From NCBI GenBank assembly GCA_051530055.1, contig CM121343.1, forward strand, positions 3,628,389-3,692,388: 64,000 nt of DNA, given 5' to 3'. Below, one piece after another: positions 1 to 12,963 of the stretch; the first letter of the stretch is position 1, and every line of letters starts with the position of its first letter. Below the pieces are notes generated by a model. That model was not told the origin of the DNA, did not search any database, and worked only from the letters and a program-made list of their open reading frames with translations. Source of the DNA: Neoechinorhynchus agilis (lineage: Eukaryota > Animalia > Acanthocephala). Position numbers and translations under genes: made by a program.

Positions 1-142
1 CGCAATTCGAAAACCTAATGAAATTCGTTTTTGCTAGTCACTGATGAACAAAAAACCGTTTAAAATATTGACCAACAAGTTAAGCCGTAGATTTTTTAAT
101 TAATACTTAGAGTCCATATTTGCAATTCATTGTTTTGATTGA

Positions 143-1306
<1,164 letters not shown>

Positions 1307-1882
1307 TATTCCACTAGGGCATCACGATGGTAAAATATAATATAGGAAAGTCACAAATATATGGATTCTGACAAGACGTTTCGTGAGGGATTGAGATTTG
1401 TGGGACTGGGCTTTTTCAAATACTACCGATTTCTATCGAAATATCCCTTAAATTGAATTTTCTATATTTATTATCAGTACCACTTTTAAGCAGTGACGGA
1501 AACTTTGACAAGGAATCGTCTGTAAACGCTTAGATGGCTGTTCATTAGATACTGTGCAATCAACGAGCTTTTACGGGGCACTATCGCAATAGTTCTCTAA
1601 AACTCTTGAATATTCATGAATTAAAAAGAAGCAACTTATTGACTTTACATTTTTCTTTTCGCTTTGTAGAAAGTGCCTCTATGGGACGCTGCCATGCTGG
1701 CATTCACGGTGACTACTTCATTATTGCTTCCGACTCGAAATCACGTGTGAGAAATACCACTTATACCAATTTGGAATGAGCTAAGTTTCTACCAATGATT
1801 TAACAGGTTCGAGATTGTTTTTATTCTCTTATTTCGTCCAGATTTATTATCGAACGGAAAATAGGTGTTTTATTTATTTATT

Positions 1883-1922
1883 GCTTCAAATTTTTCGACG
1901 CCTTGCGTCGTCGTCAGGAAGC
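1883..1922 (-). ncRNA. Minimal type I hammerhead ribozyme motif (mirror arm)
   Basis: Minus strand reads GCTTC CTGACGA C GACGC-AAG-GCGTC GAAA AATTT GAAGC. Confidence 0.65.
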
Positions 1923-2062
1923 TTTTCTTCGGTTATCTGAAAAGGAATCAGAGGAGGGCAACGCTGTCCGTCAGCTCATCCCTCAGGGGATGCTCAATAA
2001 GAGGGATGAGCTGACGGACAGCGTTGCCCTCCTCTGATTCCTTTTCAGATAACCGAAGAAAA

Positions 2063-2101
2063 GCTTCCTGACGAAGACGCAAGACGTCGAAAATTTGAAG
2101 C
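2063..2101 (+). ncRNA. Minimal type I hammerhead ribozyme motif (short palindromic stem III, extra nucleotide after A9)
   Basis: GCTTC CTGACGA A GACG-CAAGA-CGTC GAAA ATTT GAAGC. Stem I GCTTC/GAAGC, stem II GACG/CGTC, stem III palindrome AATT. Confidence 0.7.
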
Positions 2102-2387
2102 ACGAAATAAATAAAACACCCATTTTCCGTTCGATAATAAATCTGGAATAAAACATGAGGGTGTTGGGGAAAAGAGGCTTTCCATAATTCTCTTATTTAG
2201 GACATATTCGACCAGTGAATATCCGAATTGCGTCCCTCTTTTTCTTGTTTCAAACTCAAATTTGCATATAAATATTCGTTTCGGACAAAATTTGTGAATA
2301 CCATGCGTTGGGAGTCATTGGATTAAATAACATTTCTGATTGCTCGTCGCATTGAAATTAAACAGTTTATTAGGAATCCGAATTAAA

Positions 2388-4855
2388 TTACAAGTAATTG
2401 GCCGATACATCGGTGAACTGTTCGGGTATACGGATTTTTAGGTTTTCACTTACGGATAAGTCATTGGTAGCTTGAGTTTTATTGGATGGATTACAACAGC
2501 AAACCAAAGGTCGACTGCGTTTGATGCTGAACCGTCGAATGTTGCATCTTTCGAAGGATCCAAAAGTGAGGAAATAAACAAGTACCCCTGATGTTAAGAT
2601 TGCCATCAGCAAAAGCACAGCAGTTACAATGGGCAAGGGAATCAGAGCGGACGTTTGTTTCGTTTCGAAGTTTTGATCATAGGAACTATCGATAAATACT
2701 TTTAAAGTCTTTTTGCTACATAACCTCTTTTGGCCATTGTCACAGGCGATGAGTACAACATCATAAACCCCGGATTCCACCAGGAAGTGCCTCAATTGCA
2801 GGACACTTGCGTTCAGTTGAAAAACTCCAAAACTATTGGAATCGATTCGGACGTCAACAAGTCCATTTGGTCCGCTATCTGGATCAAAGACTACGATGGA
2901 ACATATGATTGTTTGTCCAAATTCAGCACGAACTCTAAAAGTTTCAGCGTCTGGCTTTACGAAAATGGGATAATTGTCGTTAATGTCAGAAACTGTAATT
3001 TTGACATGACCAATAACTGATTCGGAATCAACAACTTTGACTTCACATGTATACTTTGATTGTCGTTCCCGATCCAGCTCATGATCCGGAAAAAGAAGAA
3101 TATCTCCTGTTGGACTTAGAATAAACGGGCAATTGCGACCTTTCAAGGTGAGGCTATCGGCGCTATGTTTATGCATTTTTAAAGATCCGATGGGCACCGT
3201 GAATTTGTGATCTTCACTGATTGTAAATGCGTATTCTAGTCTTGAATGCGAGCCCATATCCTCGAACCTAATGTAGGCTTGATCGAATTTAAAGAAACGA
3301 GTTTTATCGTACATTTCTAATTTAAGTTAATTCATATTTTACAAAATATATGAATTCACCTAAAATATGGCATACCGTTTTTTCACCGCTGTTGTCATCT
3401 GCGTGAACATTCGTGTTTTTATTAATGGGCGATGTTCGAATTCAAGCACAATACTAACATTATCCGGATTAATAACACCAATGGATTTCATATCACTAGA
3501 AATTGAAAGATTAAACAACCGATGGCTGAAACGCGGTCTTTTCGGTCCTAGATTATTGCGATCGATTTGTATAAAACGTTCATCACTTGCTCCACGTTTG
3601 TCTGTTGCTCGACAACGAAACCAAAGTTTGTTCAAAACATTCAAACGATTCAGTGTCAAACTATGGCATCGACCTTGAATTGAATGAATTTTCACTCCGT
3701 TTGAAGTGCAGTTAAGTTCAAAATCGTCTTTTCTGTCTTCATCTCGAATACATAAATCACCTATGGTATTTTCTACTTCCCCAACATAAACAGTGTTATT
3801 CTCAAATGCCAATCGACTGTTTAAGTAAAGATATGGCGACTCGTTTTCGTCCTCTACGTTAATGTCTAATTCGAGAAATCTCAAATAATACGCAACAAAC
3901 AAGTTGAGATTTCTTGAAATATTATAAGGACATGATCTATTATTTTCTTTTTGATAGCTGCGATCACTAAAACGTATTGCGATTTAAATTCAAAATCAAA
4001 ATTTCGTCTTAGTCGTAAATATCCCTCGTTTCCAATAATAAACATTGCTTCCATGTTCACATCAATAATCATGTACTTCACATCGTGTGCTTCCGGTAGC
4101 TGTAAAACGTCTCTTTGATTCTCCTTTACGCTCATGTTCAACCAATGAGTTTGGATTTTATCTCTGTACATGATCGAAGGGAGTACAATAATAGTGTACT
4201 CCGCAGACGTTGAACGTCTGTAAAGTCCACATTCGAAGACTTTTAATATCACACGTGAGACTTTTCTGCTTCCTAATGGACGAACAATAACAAGATCCAA
4301 TTCTTGACGTTCTCGGGTGAAATTTATCTCATACTCATTTGTCTTAGAGGCGAGCTCATAGCTGCAAACGGAAAATGGAGGCGAATCTCCATCTGTAGCC
4401 GGTTCAATTGGTATCTTGGAGCCCAATGGAGTATCCGAACTCACATATAATGCATTGTAAGTATGGCTAAAGGTGGGATAATTGTCGTTGATATCAACGA
4501 TGTGGATTCGTAGTACTACGATCATCGTGTTTTCAACTACAAGTCTCTGTTCAATGATGCAATCCGGTTTACATGAGCATAGACGCAATTGGCACAGCAA
4601 TTCTCTGTCAAGACGGTCATTAGATTCCACTTTCTTGTCGTTTAAGTGGATCAAATGACTGGTTGGACTTTTGAGTACTTGTATGGTTGATTGGCGGCTG
4701 TCGTCGCGAAGAATATTGGAGAAATCGAAAATTTGTTTAGGCGAAGTATTTTCTTCTTGAATGGATACATTGAATATGGATACTTTTATGGGCAAACTCC
4801 GTTCGATTATGAGGTTAATGCATAATATGGTGGTAAAAACTGTTCTTGATTTCAT
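2388..4855 (-). CDS. Protocadherin-like cadherin-repeat membrane protein, split into three ORFs by two short inserts
   Basis: Signal peptide, repeated cadherin motifs (LDRE, DINDNYPxF, VFDPDSGPNG), TM segment (LPIVTAVLLLMAILTSGVLVYFL) and short tail, across ORFs 3881-4855, 3360-3902 and 2388-3314. Confidence 0.85.
3318..3367 (-). other. TA-bounded self-complementary intervening sequence (48 nt removed) in the protocadherin CDS
   Basis: TA at 3366-67 and 3318-19. Ends TATTTTAGGTGAATTCATAT vs TAATTTAAGTTAATTCATAT (17/20). Contains an in-frame TAG. Removal gives ...RYAI-EMYDK. Confidence 0.6.
3867..3924 (-). other. TA-bounded self-complementary intervening sequence (56 nt removed) in the protocadherin CDS
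   Basis: TA at 3923-24 and 3867-68. Core inverted repeat TTC[A/G]AGAAATCTCAA (14/15). Removal gives DHVLIDINVEDENE, a cadherin linker motif. Confidence 0.65.
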
Positions 4856-6212
4856 TCCTATCAGGCGGCCATTTAACGTTTAAGTTCAAATTGTGTCGTG
4901 TATATCTAAAACTAAACAATTGAGAGTAAATGGGAAATGCCATTTTTACTTTAGTAGAGTTCGAATGAAATATTCTTTTACTCTTACTCTGTTGTCAGGT
5001 GACATATGGACATGCTAGGAGGACTAATTGTGTATGTCTTGTTATTCCGAGTTGTCATTCCACTAATTATCTTTAGTTTTTGTGTGTTTCCAAACCCTTT
5101 CATTACATCCCAAAAACTTGGAAGGCACATAGTCCCAAAGTTGGTTGATCGGAGAAGAGAGCTCACCACAGGGAGAGCCGATTCTACTACTCTTCTTTAC
5201 ACAACCGCTAGTAAACTTGACAAGCATTAAGAATTGCGTAAGACGAATGAATGCTTAATTTCATATTTCTCTATTGATCAGATGACAGTAGCTTTTCATC
5301 TTGATAGGAGACAGCAACGATTTACAATCTCACGAGTGTCTAGTTCGTCTAGGAAGCAATTTAAAGACAGCTTGATTTCAATGCATTACAATGTCCTACG
5401 ACTCATCGAAAATAGAAGAGGATTATACAAAACCATGAATCTAAATCGATCAATATGATATAAAGGCTGATTGTAGTCTTTAAACGATTGGAGGACGACC
5501 TAGATTATATGGTAAGATAAGCTTATGTTGCAGATCGTATAAATGATTTTGATTGAAAAATAGTATCTGACATGTCAACAGTCATGTTTGTCCCCTACAC
5601 AAGACATAATGGCAAATGGTAAGCAGACTATCCAATTGAAGGCACCTTCCGCCCCCCCACCCAATGAAGCTCCATTAGAGACTACACCGTGGATGTTGTT
5701 TATCCTGAGGAAATGGCAAAAAGGAATTCATATGTACCTTCAAAATGTCAAACAGAATATCAACAAATCGTCCTCCCAAGCCGCCCTTTTTATTCCCACC
5801 ATTTGTATATATAGATGTAGATTTGTGTGTGTGTGTGTACGGTGCCAGCAGACCTAAAAGAGGAGGTGACAGCGGAAGGAGAATGTAAACTTGGTACGAA
5901 ATACAACACAATCGTGATTATTCTCAATCAAGTACAGAATTGTGAAGGAAGTAAATCTATTCTCAATTATAACTCGCTATTTTAGTTTGAATGAGCTGAA
6001 ACCGGATGACTGAAAACACTTCTTTTGTAATAGACCTATAATCTTTGTGTAATATGCGATAACCTTCCAATCACTTAGTTGCCTAATGTTAATCATTCGT
6101 TTGGATAATTGCCGGTTAAAATCATAAAAACGAAAATATGATGCTTGGTGCTCTACCTTTAGAACTTTCAAATTTTAATCCCTCAAAAGCATTAATCCCA
6201 AGTGAAATCGCT

Positions 6213-7725
6213 AGGTGGTGTGCACGTTCATAATGTGCTCGATATGTCGATGGTTCAACGCCACCGGTCGCTGGGTTCCATGGGTGTGCGAGGCTGCTGG
6301 AAGGGTGGGGGTCAGGTTTGAGATCACCCATCAGCCCCAAAAGTGGGTTGGCCCTACCCCTTCGAGTGCCGCTAAGCGCCTCCGATGTGTAAAGGCTCCA
6401 AAGGAATATGGCCGAGAGGCTCAAAAGAAGATGTCACAAACTAACAAGTGTATGAGGCCTTGATAATAAATAAAAATAAAAATAAATGCGACGCATAGGG
6501 GGCCGTGTGGTGTGCGCGTTCATAATACGCTCGATATGTCGATGGTTCAACGCCACCGGTCACTGGGTTCCATGGGTGTGCGAGGCTGCTGGAAGGGTGG
6601 GGGTCAGGTTTGAGATCACCCATCAGCCCCAAAAGTGGGTTGGCCCTACCCCTTCGAGTGCCGCTAAGCGCCTCCGATGTGTAAAGGCTCCAAAGGAATA
6701 TGGCCGAGAGGCTCAAAAGAAGATGTCACAAACTAACAAGTGTATGAGGCCTTGATAATAAATAAAAATAAAAATAAATGCGACGCATAGGGGGCCGTGT
6801 GGTGTGCGCGTTCATAATACGCTCGATATGTCGATGGTTCAACGCCACCGGTCGCTGGGTTCCACGGGTGTGCGCGGTTGCTGGAAGGGTGGGGGTCCGG
6901 TTTGAGATCACCCATCAGCCCCAAAAAGTGAATTGGCCCTGGCCCTTTGAGTGCGGCTAAGCGCCTCCGATGTGTGCAAGTCAAGCCGAAAGGCTCCTAA
7001 AGGAATATAGCCGAGAGGCTCAAAAGAAGATGTCACAAACTAACAAGAGTGTATGAGGCCTTGATAATAAATAAAAATAAAAATAAATGCGACGCATAGG
7101 GGGCCGTGTGGTGTGCGCGTTCATAATACGCTCGATATGTCGATGGTTCAACGCCACCGGTCGCTGGGTTCCACGGGTGTGCGCGGTTGCTGGAAGGGTG
7201 GGGGTCCGGTTTGAGATCACCCATCAGCCCCAAAAAGTGAATTGGCCCTGGCCCTTTGAGTGCGGCTAAGCGCCTCCGATGTGTGCAAGTCAAGCCGAAA
7301 GGCTCCTAAAGGAATATAGCCGAGAGGCTCAAAAGAAGATGTCACAAACTAACAAGAGTGTATGAGGCCTTGATAATAAATAAAAATAAAAATAAATGCG
7401 ACGCATAGGGGGCCGTGTGGTGTGCGCGTTCATAATGTGCTTGATATGTCGATGGTTCAACGCCACCGGTCACTGGGTTCCACGGGTGTGCGAGGCTGCT
7501 GGAAGGGTGGGGGTCAGGTTTTAATCACCCATCAGCTCCAAAAGTGGGTTGGCCCAATTCCTTCGAGTGCGGCTAACGCTTCCGATGTGTGCAGTCAGCC
7601 GAAAAGGCTCTCAAAAAAGGAATATAGCCGAGTGGCTCAAAAGAAGATGTCGCAATACCAATCAATCAATCTGAAGAACATAACCATGCGTATGTCTGAC
7701 TGTAAGGATAAATAAATAAATAAAA
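6213..7725 (+). mobile_element. Tandem array (about 5 units of 292-309 bp) of a tRNA-derived SINE-like element
   Basis: Units start near 6216, 6508, 6800, 7109 and 7418. A-box-like GGCCGTGTGG, B-box GGTTCAACGCC, stem-loop GCRCG-TTCATAA-TRYGC (CAT anticodon-like), A-rich tail TAATAAATAAAAATAAAAATAAA. Confidence 0.7.
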
Positions 7726-8604
7726 AGCTAGGCAACCGCTTGTAGCAATGGAGAATTCAAACATGGCCTTAAAAAACTTCTCTTTTATTCGAAAACGAAT
7801 AATCTGATTATCTTGAAAGAGAAGGAGATGCCATTTCGATGATAAAAGGTGCAATAAAATATACGCAAATACTTGAAGAAATGGAAATAACTCTTGTACA
7901 TATAAAACTACCTTGTGAGATTCTGCAATTGTTTCATTTTTCGTTGAGAAAAGAGTATACTTTTCATCTTAAAGGTGTAGGGAACGATTTTTAATCGTAA
8001 TTTCTTCTTTGGGAGGAATATATCAATCGCTCATATTCAGAAACCGCAAATTTGAGCAATACCTCATCTGAGGATTTGGTGTTTAAATTTGCACTAACAA
8101 CATTGATCTTAACTTTTTTAAACTAAAATTAATGACGTTTTGATTGCTAGTGTTGATATTCGTAGCCATTGCATAATGGCTGCAGTTTTTTTGAAAGGAG
8201 CTTTAAATCAAGCCTTCTTTTTATGAAAATGTCTAGGAAAATTGTTTTTTATTAGTTCTTGGCGGCAGTTGGCAGGAAATTGCAAGAAATTAAAGGATAA
8301 TATGTCAATCTGCGTTTCAAATCATTTTGATGAATCTAAAAATATGAATGCAATTATAGACGCCGGAACGGTTTCGCACGAAGAAATTGGTTATTTAAAA
8401 AGAGTTGCACGAGTGCCTCTAAGTTCACGAGTTATTTGTTTATGAATAACAAAAAGTGCAAGACTCCTATAGTTCACTTCGAATAGAAGTCGTGTAATGA
8501 ATGTGAACAGTGGTAAGATATTTTCAAATTCAAATTCAAATTTGATTTATTTCAATTTTTTGATGATGTTTGTTTTAATATAAACGTGGTTCGTTAAACC
8601 AAAA

Positions 8605-8857
8605 CCGGTCACTGGGTTCCACGGGTGTGCGAGGCTGCTGGAAGGGTGGGGGTCAGGTTTGAGATCACCCATCAACCCGAAAGTGGGTTGGCCCTGGCCC
8701 TTCGAGTTCGGCTAAGTGCATTCGATGTGTGCAAGTCAGCCGAAAGGCTGCAGAAAAAAAGGAATATAGCCGCAAGGCTCAAAAAAAGATGTCGCAAGGC
8801 CAATCAATCAATCTGAAGAACATAACCATGCGTATGTCTGACTGTAAGGATAAATAA
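8605..8857 (+). mobile_element. 5'-truncated solo copy of the 6.2-7.7 kb SINE-like element
   Basis: ACCGGTCACTGGGTTCCACGGGTGTG...CTGTAAGGATAAATAA matches the body and tail of the last array unit. Confidence 0.85.
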
Positions 8858-9663
8858 GTTAAACCAACCTGTACAGGTGAATTTTTTTAGCTAACAAATA
8901 CGGTTTCAGTGTTGCACGACAAGTAATCTTAGCGCTGCTTCAGTGAAGATGGAGGGCGAATAAGAAGTTGGAGGTCAAATAGGATTGTTGGAGATCGTAT
9001 CATGTTGATTTTTATGGACTACTCGATTAATCCACGCATGCTGGACGCTACATGGTTGAATAAACTCACTATCGATGCATTAAACTTCTCTATAAGAGAC
9101 GCTGCATGTGCAATATGAAGCCACATTTCGGAAAGTCCGACATTAGAAGTCATCACTAATATTTTGTTATAGTTAGTGTCATGGTTCGGTCTAAGAATAT
9201 CAGCGATATAATTTTAACAAGAACAATCATTTTATTGAACTCTTGACCAATGAATAAGCTTTTATTTGTATGCAAAATTTAGAGGCGAAGAATGACCACC
9301 TGAATTTCTAACGGTAGGATCTTAGCAATCATTCATGTAATTAATTCGATTTTTTAAATGTCGAAATTTACAAAAAGCCATCGAGACATGAAGAGGTTAT
9401 AGCCGATATACTAAGCCAGTTTTAATTTTTGTAAGTTCCTAATTATATTTGATTGGTGAATTCAAAATAAGGCATGAAAATATTAAATATATTCTTTGGA
9501 GTTTTCCCCAATCATGGTTTGCCCGTCCAGCCCGAATCAAATTTTGCTTTTCATACACGGCCGAATGGACACCCGCAGTCCATAGATTTTGGTCTGGGAA
9601 GCGCTGGTCTGCGCTCAATGCCCCAAGACTGTACGGTTATAAGTTTGTACATCCCTTCGGATT

Positions 9664-9727
9664 CTCAGATACCTCAAAGAGGCGGGACTCATCAGTGAGT
9701 TTTTTCCCGTCAACAGTATTTCGTCCC
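9664..9727 (-). ncRNA. Non-circularly permuted hammerhead ribozyme motif, copy 1
   Basis: Minus strand: GGGAC GAAA TACT gttgacgggaaaaa CTCA CTGATGA GTCCC gcctctttga GGTAT C TGAG. Stem II GTCCC/GGGAC, stem III ATACT/GGTAT, stem I CTCA/TGAG. Confidence 0.75.
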
Positions 9728-10018
9728 CTTTGGTTGTGCGTCAGCAACGGTAACGGATTCTAACCCGTTGAACCTTACTGGAATCTGGAGCATTAGTCCA
9801 CTTAACCACCTCAGCACACTACGGAATAGCCAGGATAAGCTTTCCGATTTTTTAGAATTTTTATCTGTGGCTCAACCAAGTCTTTTTGATAGATACTTTA
9901 TTATTTCATACACGGCCGAATGGACACCCGCAGTCCATAGATTTTGGTCTGGGAAGCGCTGGTCTGCGCTCAATGCCCCAAGACCGTACGGTTATAAGTT
10001 TGTACATCCCTTCGGATC

Positions 10019-10082
10019 CTCAGATACCTCCAGGAGGCGGGACTCCTCAGTGAGTTTTCTCCCGTCAACAGTATTTCGTCCC
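10019..10082 (-). ncRNA. Non-circularly permuted hammerhead ribozyme motif, copy 2
   Basis: Same layout as copy 1, with core CTGAGGA (change at the variable N7 position). Confidence 0.75.
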
Positions 10083-11025
10083 CTTTGGTTGTGCGTCAGC
10101 AACGGTAACGGATTCTAACCCGTTGACCCTTACTGGAATCTGGAGCATTAGTCCACTTAACCACCTCAGCACACTACGGAATAGCCAGGATAAGCTTTCC
10201 GATTTTTTAGAATTTTTATCTGTGGCTCAGCCAAGTCTTTTTGATAGATATTTTATTATTTCATACACGGCCGAATGGACACCCGCAGTCCACCGATTTC
10301 GATTTGAAGATGCTTTATTTGTCCAACCCCAGATAGCGGATTAACCTTTACTCCATGGTGATTTAAACTTTAACAACTTAATATTAGTTTTAGTGTTAAT
10401 GAAGCCATGCGCAATCTACTGACTTGTGTTTTTAATTGATATAATACAAATAATAGCATTCGTCCTTTGCTGCAACTAAGATTGTCATTTTTATGAGGAA
10501 TTCAAGTAAAGGCTAACAGATGAGTAGTGCTAAGATTGCCGAGTCGACACAAACTTAATTTGATCGTCTTTTAGATTTAAATTCAATTTATCCGCAACAG
10601 CACGAGTCATTTCCTTAATTAAGGTTAAATTAAATGTCCGACAATCCCAAATAATTTGCTTTCTACAAATTTTTAACGTGAGTTGATTAGTAAGTTTTTA
10701 GTATTAACTTGAGATTCAGAATGGCGGACAATATAAGAACATTATCAAAATATGAATTGTGAAATTCTAAAGTTATTCCTTTGGACATTTCACTAACAAA
10801 AATTATGACATTGAACAGTTTTTTTCCAAAATACGTCATGTTTGTGGTTCATGGGTTCTCCAGAGATAGAATTATTGTTTAGGTCTTCACCCGGACTAAC
10901 TAACAAACTGAGATGATGAACCCGACGAAGTTCGTAGAACGTCTTTAATTAAAAAATGTTTACTGGGGTTAAGACTTCTAAACAATAATTCCAATCACAT
11001 ATCGACACTCCAAAGATTAAAAAAA

Positions 11026-11234
11026 TTCAGTTACAATTAGAGATGTTTGATAAAATTTTCGGCCTTTTCGTTGGCCTTCTTCAATCAATCTTCAATTTAA
11101 AAGAAGTTCACAGTTGAAAAAACTTCCAAACACTCCTTTTAAATTGTAGATTGACTGAAGAATGCCAACGAAAAGGCCGAAAATTTTCAAGATAAATCTA
11201 TTTTCTGAATCAAACATCGCTAATTGAAACTGAA
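11026..11234. repeat. Foldback palindrome with head-to-head minimal hammerhead motifs
   Basis: Plus arm 11151-11190: TTGA CTGAAGA A TGCC-AACGAAAA-GGCC GAAA ATTT TCAA. Minus arm 11052-11088: TTGA TTGAAGA A GGCC-AACGAAAA-GGCC GAAA ATTT. Confidence 0.85.
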
Positions 11235-11237
11235 ACT

Positions 11238-11493
11238 ATAATGAATACTTTCTTTACAATTAAAAAATTTATGATTCTACATTGAAAAGTGAAATTAAAT
11301 TTTGCCTTCATTTATTTTTGTTTTGGTTCGAGTAACGACAAAATGAGATTAATAATCTCCTAAACCATAATGAATACTTTCTTTACAATTAAAAAATTTA
11401 TGGTTCTACATTGAAAAGTGAAATTAAATTTTGCCTTCATTTATTTTTGTTTTGGTTCGAGTAACGAAAAAATGAGATTAATAATCTCCTAAA
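11238..11493 (+). repeat. Two direct copies of an AT-rich unit of about 129 bp
   Basis: ATAATGAATACTTTCTTTAC...ATTAATAATCTCCTAAA occurs twice in tandem. Confidence 0.9.
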
Positions 11494-11584
11494 AAATTCT
11501 CATCAAGGGTAAAAAATGAAAAGCCACATTCACACAGTTTACTTCACAAACGTCACTAATCTTCGTTTAATTATTTCCTTAATT

Positions 11585-11766
11585 ATCGACAGAGAAAATC
11601 CTTCGGGTAAGTCAAAGTATAATTTTGGTGAACATACTCCTCCGGTCATAACCTATTTGATTTTGATTTATTGTAACCTCGCCTCATCAGTCATTGCTTG
11701 TAAGTTTTTCCAATAAATCAAAATCAAATGGGCTGTGACCGGCGGAGTATGTTCACCAAAATTATA
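11585..11766 (+). mobile_element. Hairpin element (GAGAAAATCCTTCGGG head plus long inverted repeat 11618-11766) with a hammerhead fragment in the loop
   Basis: Arms TATAATTTTGGTGAACATACTCCTCCGGTCA... / ...TGACCGGCGGAGTATGTTCACCAAAATTATA. The loop reverse complement contains ACTTACAAGCAATGACTGATGAGG, similar to the 25.3 kb unit. Confidence 0.7.
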
Positions 11767-12963
11767 TTTCCTTAAGTAAGAATCGCAAAATTTATCCGAT
11801 AGAAACAATTAAAATCGACAATACCTCGGATTTTTGACTAAACATGAAAACTGCCATCAACTTTATTGATGAAAATTTTAGAACTTCGCAATACGTATTT
11901 AAAAATTGTAATAGTTGCAATATCGAATAGTATACACAACTCCTGGAAATGTTTAAGCATTCTAAAAATCCCACAATCATGTTTATGGCTGTTAATCGAT
12001 AAACCGTACGAGCCCATCCTGCAACCTGGAACAAATTCTCCATGCGGTGCAGTGTTGATACTGTGCAAGGTAAAAGATTCCGAGGGGGATTTCTAGATAA
12101 ACACAATAAAGCATTTATTCATATTCAACTCAGCAGCTTGATTCAAGATGTCAAAACGAATTTGAATATACAGCATATTTATTAAATTAAGCTAATAAAG
12201 AAAACAAATTTTATATTCATCCAAATGAGGAACAAAAAAATAATTTTTTATATAAAATAACCAATCTTTAATTAATATTTCATCGTTGCACTTTTTAAAT
12301 AAAAGCACTTAAGGAAGCAATTTTTATTGTTTGGTCTCCATATTTTTTTCATTCAATAGAATGTGTTCAAGATCAGGTTTTTAAAAAAATCTTAAAAATA
12401 AAGGCCACAAGAAAACAAAATGTAATCGTTAGTGTTCAAAACATATTCATTAACAAAATTTCACATGATTTTTATAAAATAGCAAATCTTTAACTACTGT
12501 TGCGTTCTAAAGACAAACTGCACTGTGACAATAAAAATTTGAATCTAAAGGAATCTCTTAAATAAAAGCACATAATGAAATAAATTTGGTTCCTTGGCCT
12601 TCACAAATCCTTCATCCAATAAAAAGTTTTAAGATCTAGTTTTCCAATGACTAATAAATGCGAAATTATTGTTGTATTTTAGAAATTGACTGAAAGATGT
12701 GAAAACGATTCGCGTTTGCACGAATCTTTTTGAAATAACCACACTTGAGGAAACAAATTTGATTCGTCGGCCTTCACAAATCCTTCATCCAATCAGAAAT
12801 CTGTAAAATTCGGTTACAGAATGTAAGAAACGACGAAAAATAAATAGTTTCAGCCCACTAATTATTATTTCAATAAATAAATTCTTCCAAAATATGTTTT
12901 GTGGGGAAGTATGAGTACAAATCACAGTTGCATACAATACAGAAATTTGTTTAATTACTTAGA

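Larger units (their letters stand above)
1838..2146. repeat. About 310-bp foldback palindrome with one minimal hammerhead motif in each arm
   Basis: Arms CCAGATTTATTATCGAACGGAAAA... and ...TTTTCCGTTCGATAATAAATCTGG are near-perfect reverse complements around a spacer of about 20 nt at about 1980-2002. Confidence 0.95.
9550..10295 (-). repeat. About 2.1 tandem copies of a 355-bp hammerhead-bearing unit (retrozyme or Penelope-pLTR-like)
   Basis: TTTCATACACGGCCGAATGGACACCCGCAGTCC recurs near 9550, 9905 and 10260. Confidence 0.9.

Noticed and set aside
5006-5230. Small hydrophobic ORF divergent from protocadherin
   Set aside because: 74 aa, no recognisable motif and no splice evidence.
6122-7715. 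Many short ORFs on both strands in the SINE array
   Set aside because: They are by-products of a GC-rich repeat, with frames that differ between units and no protein motif.
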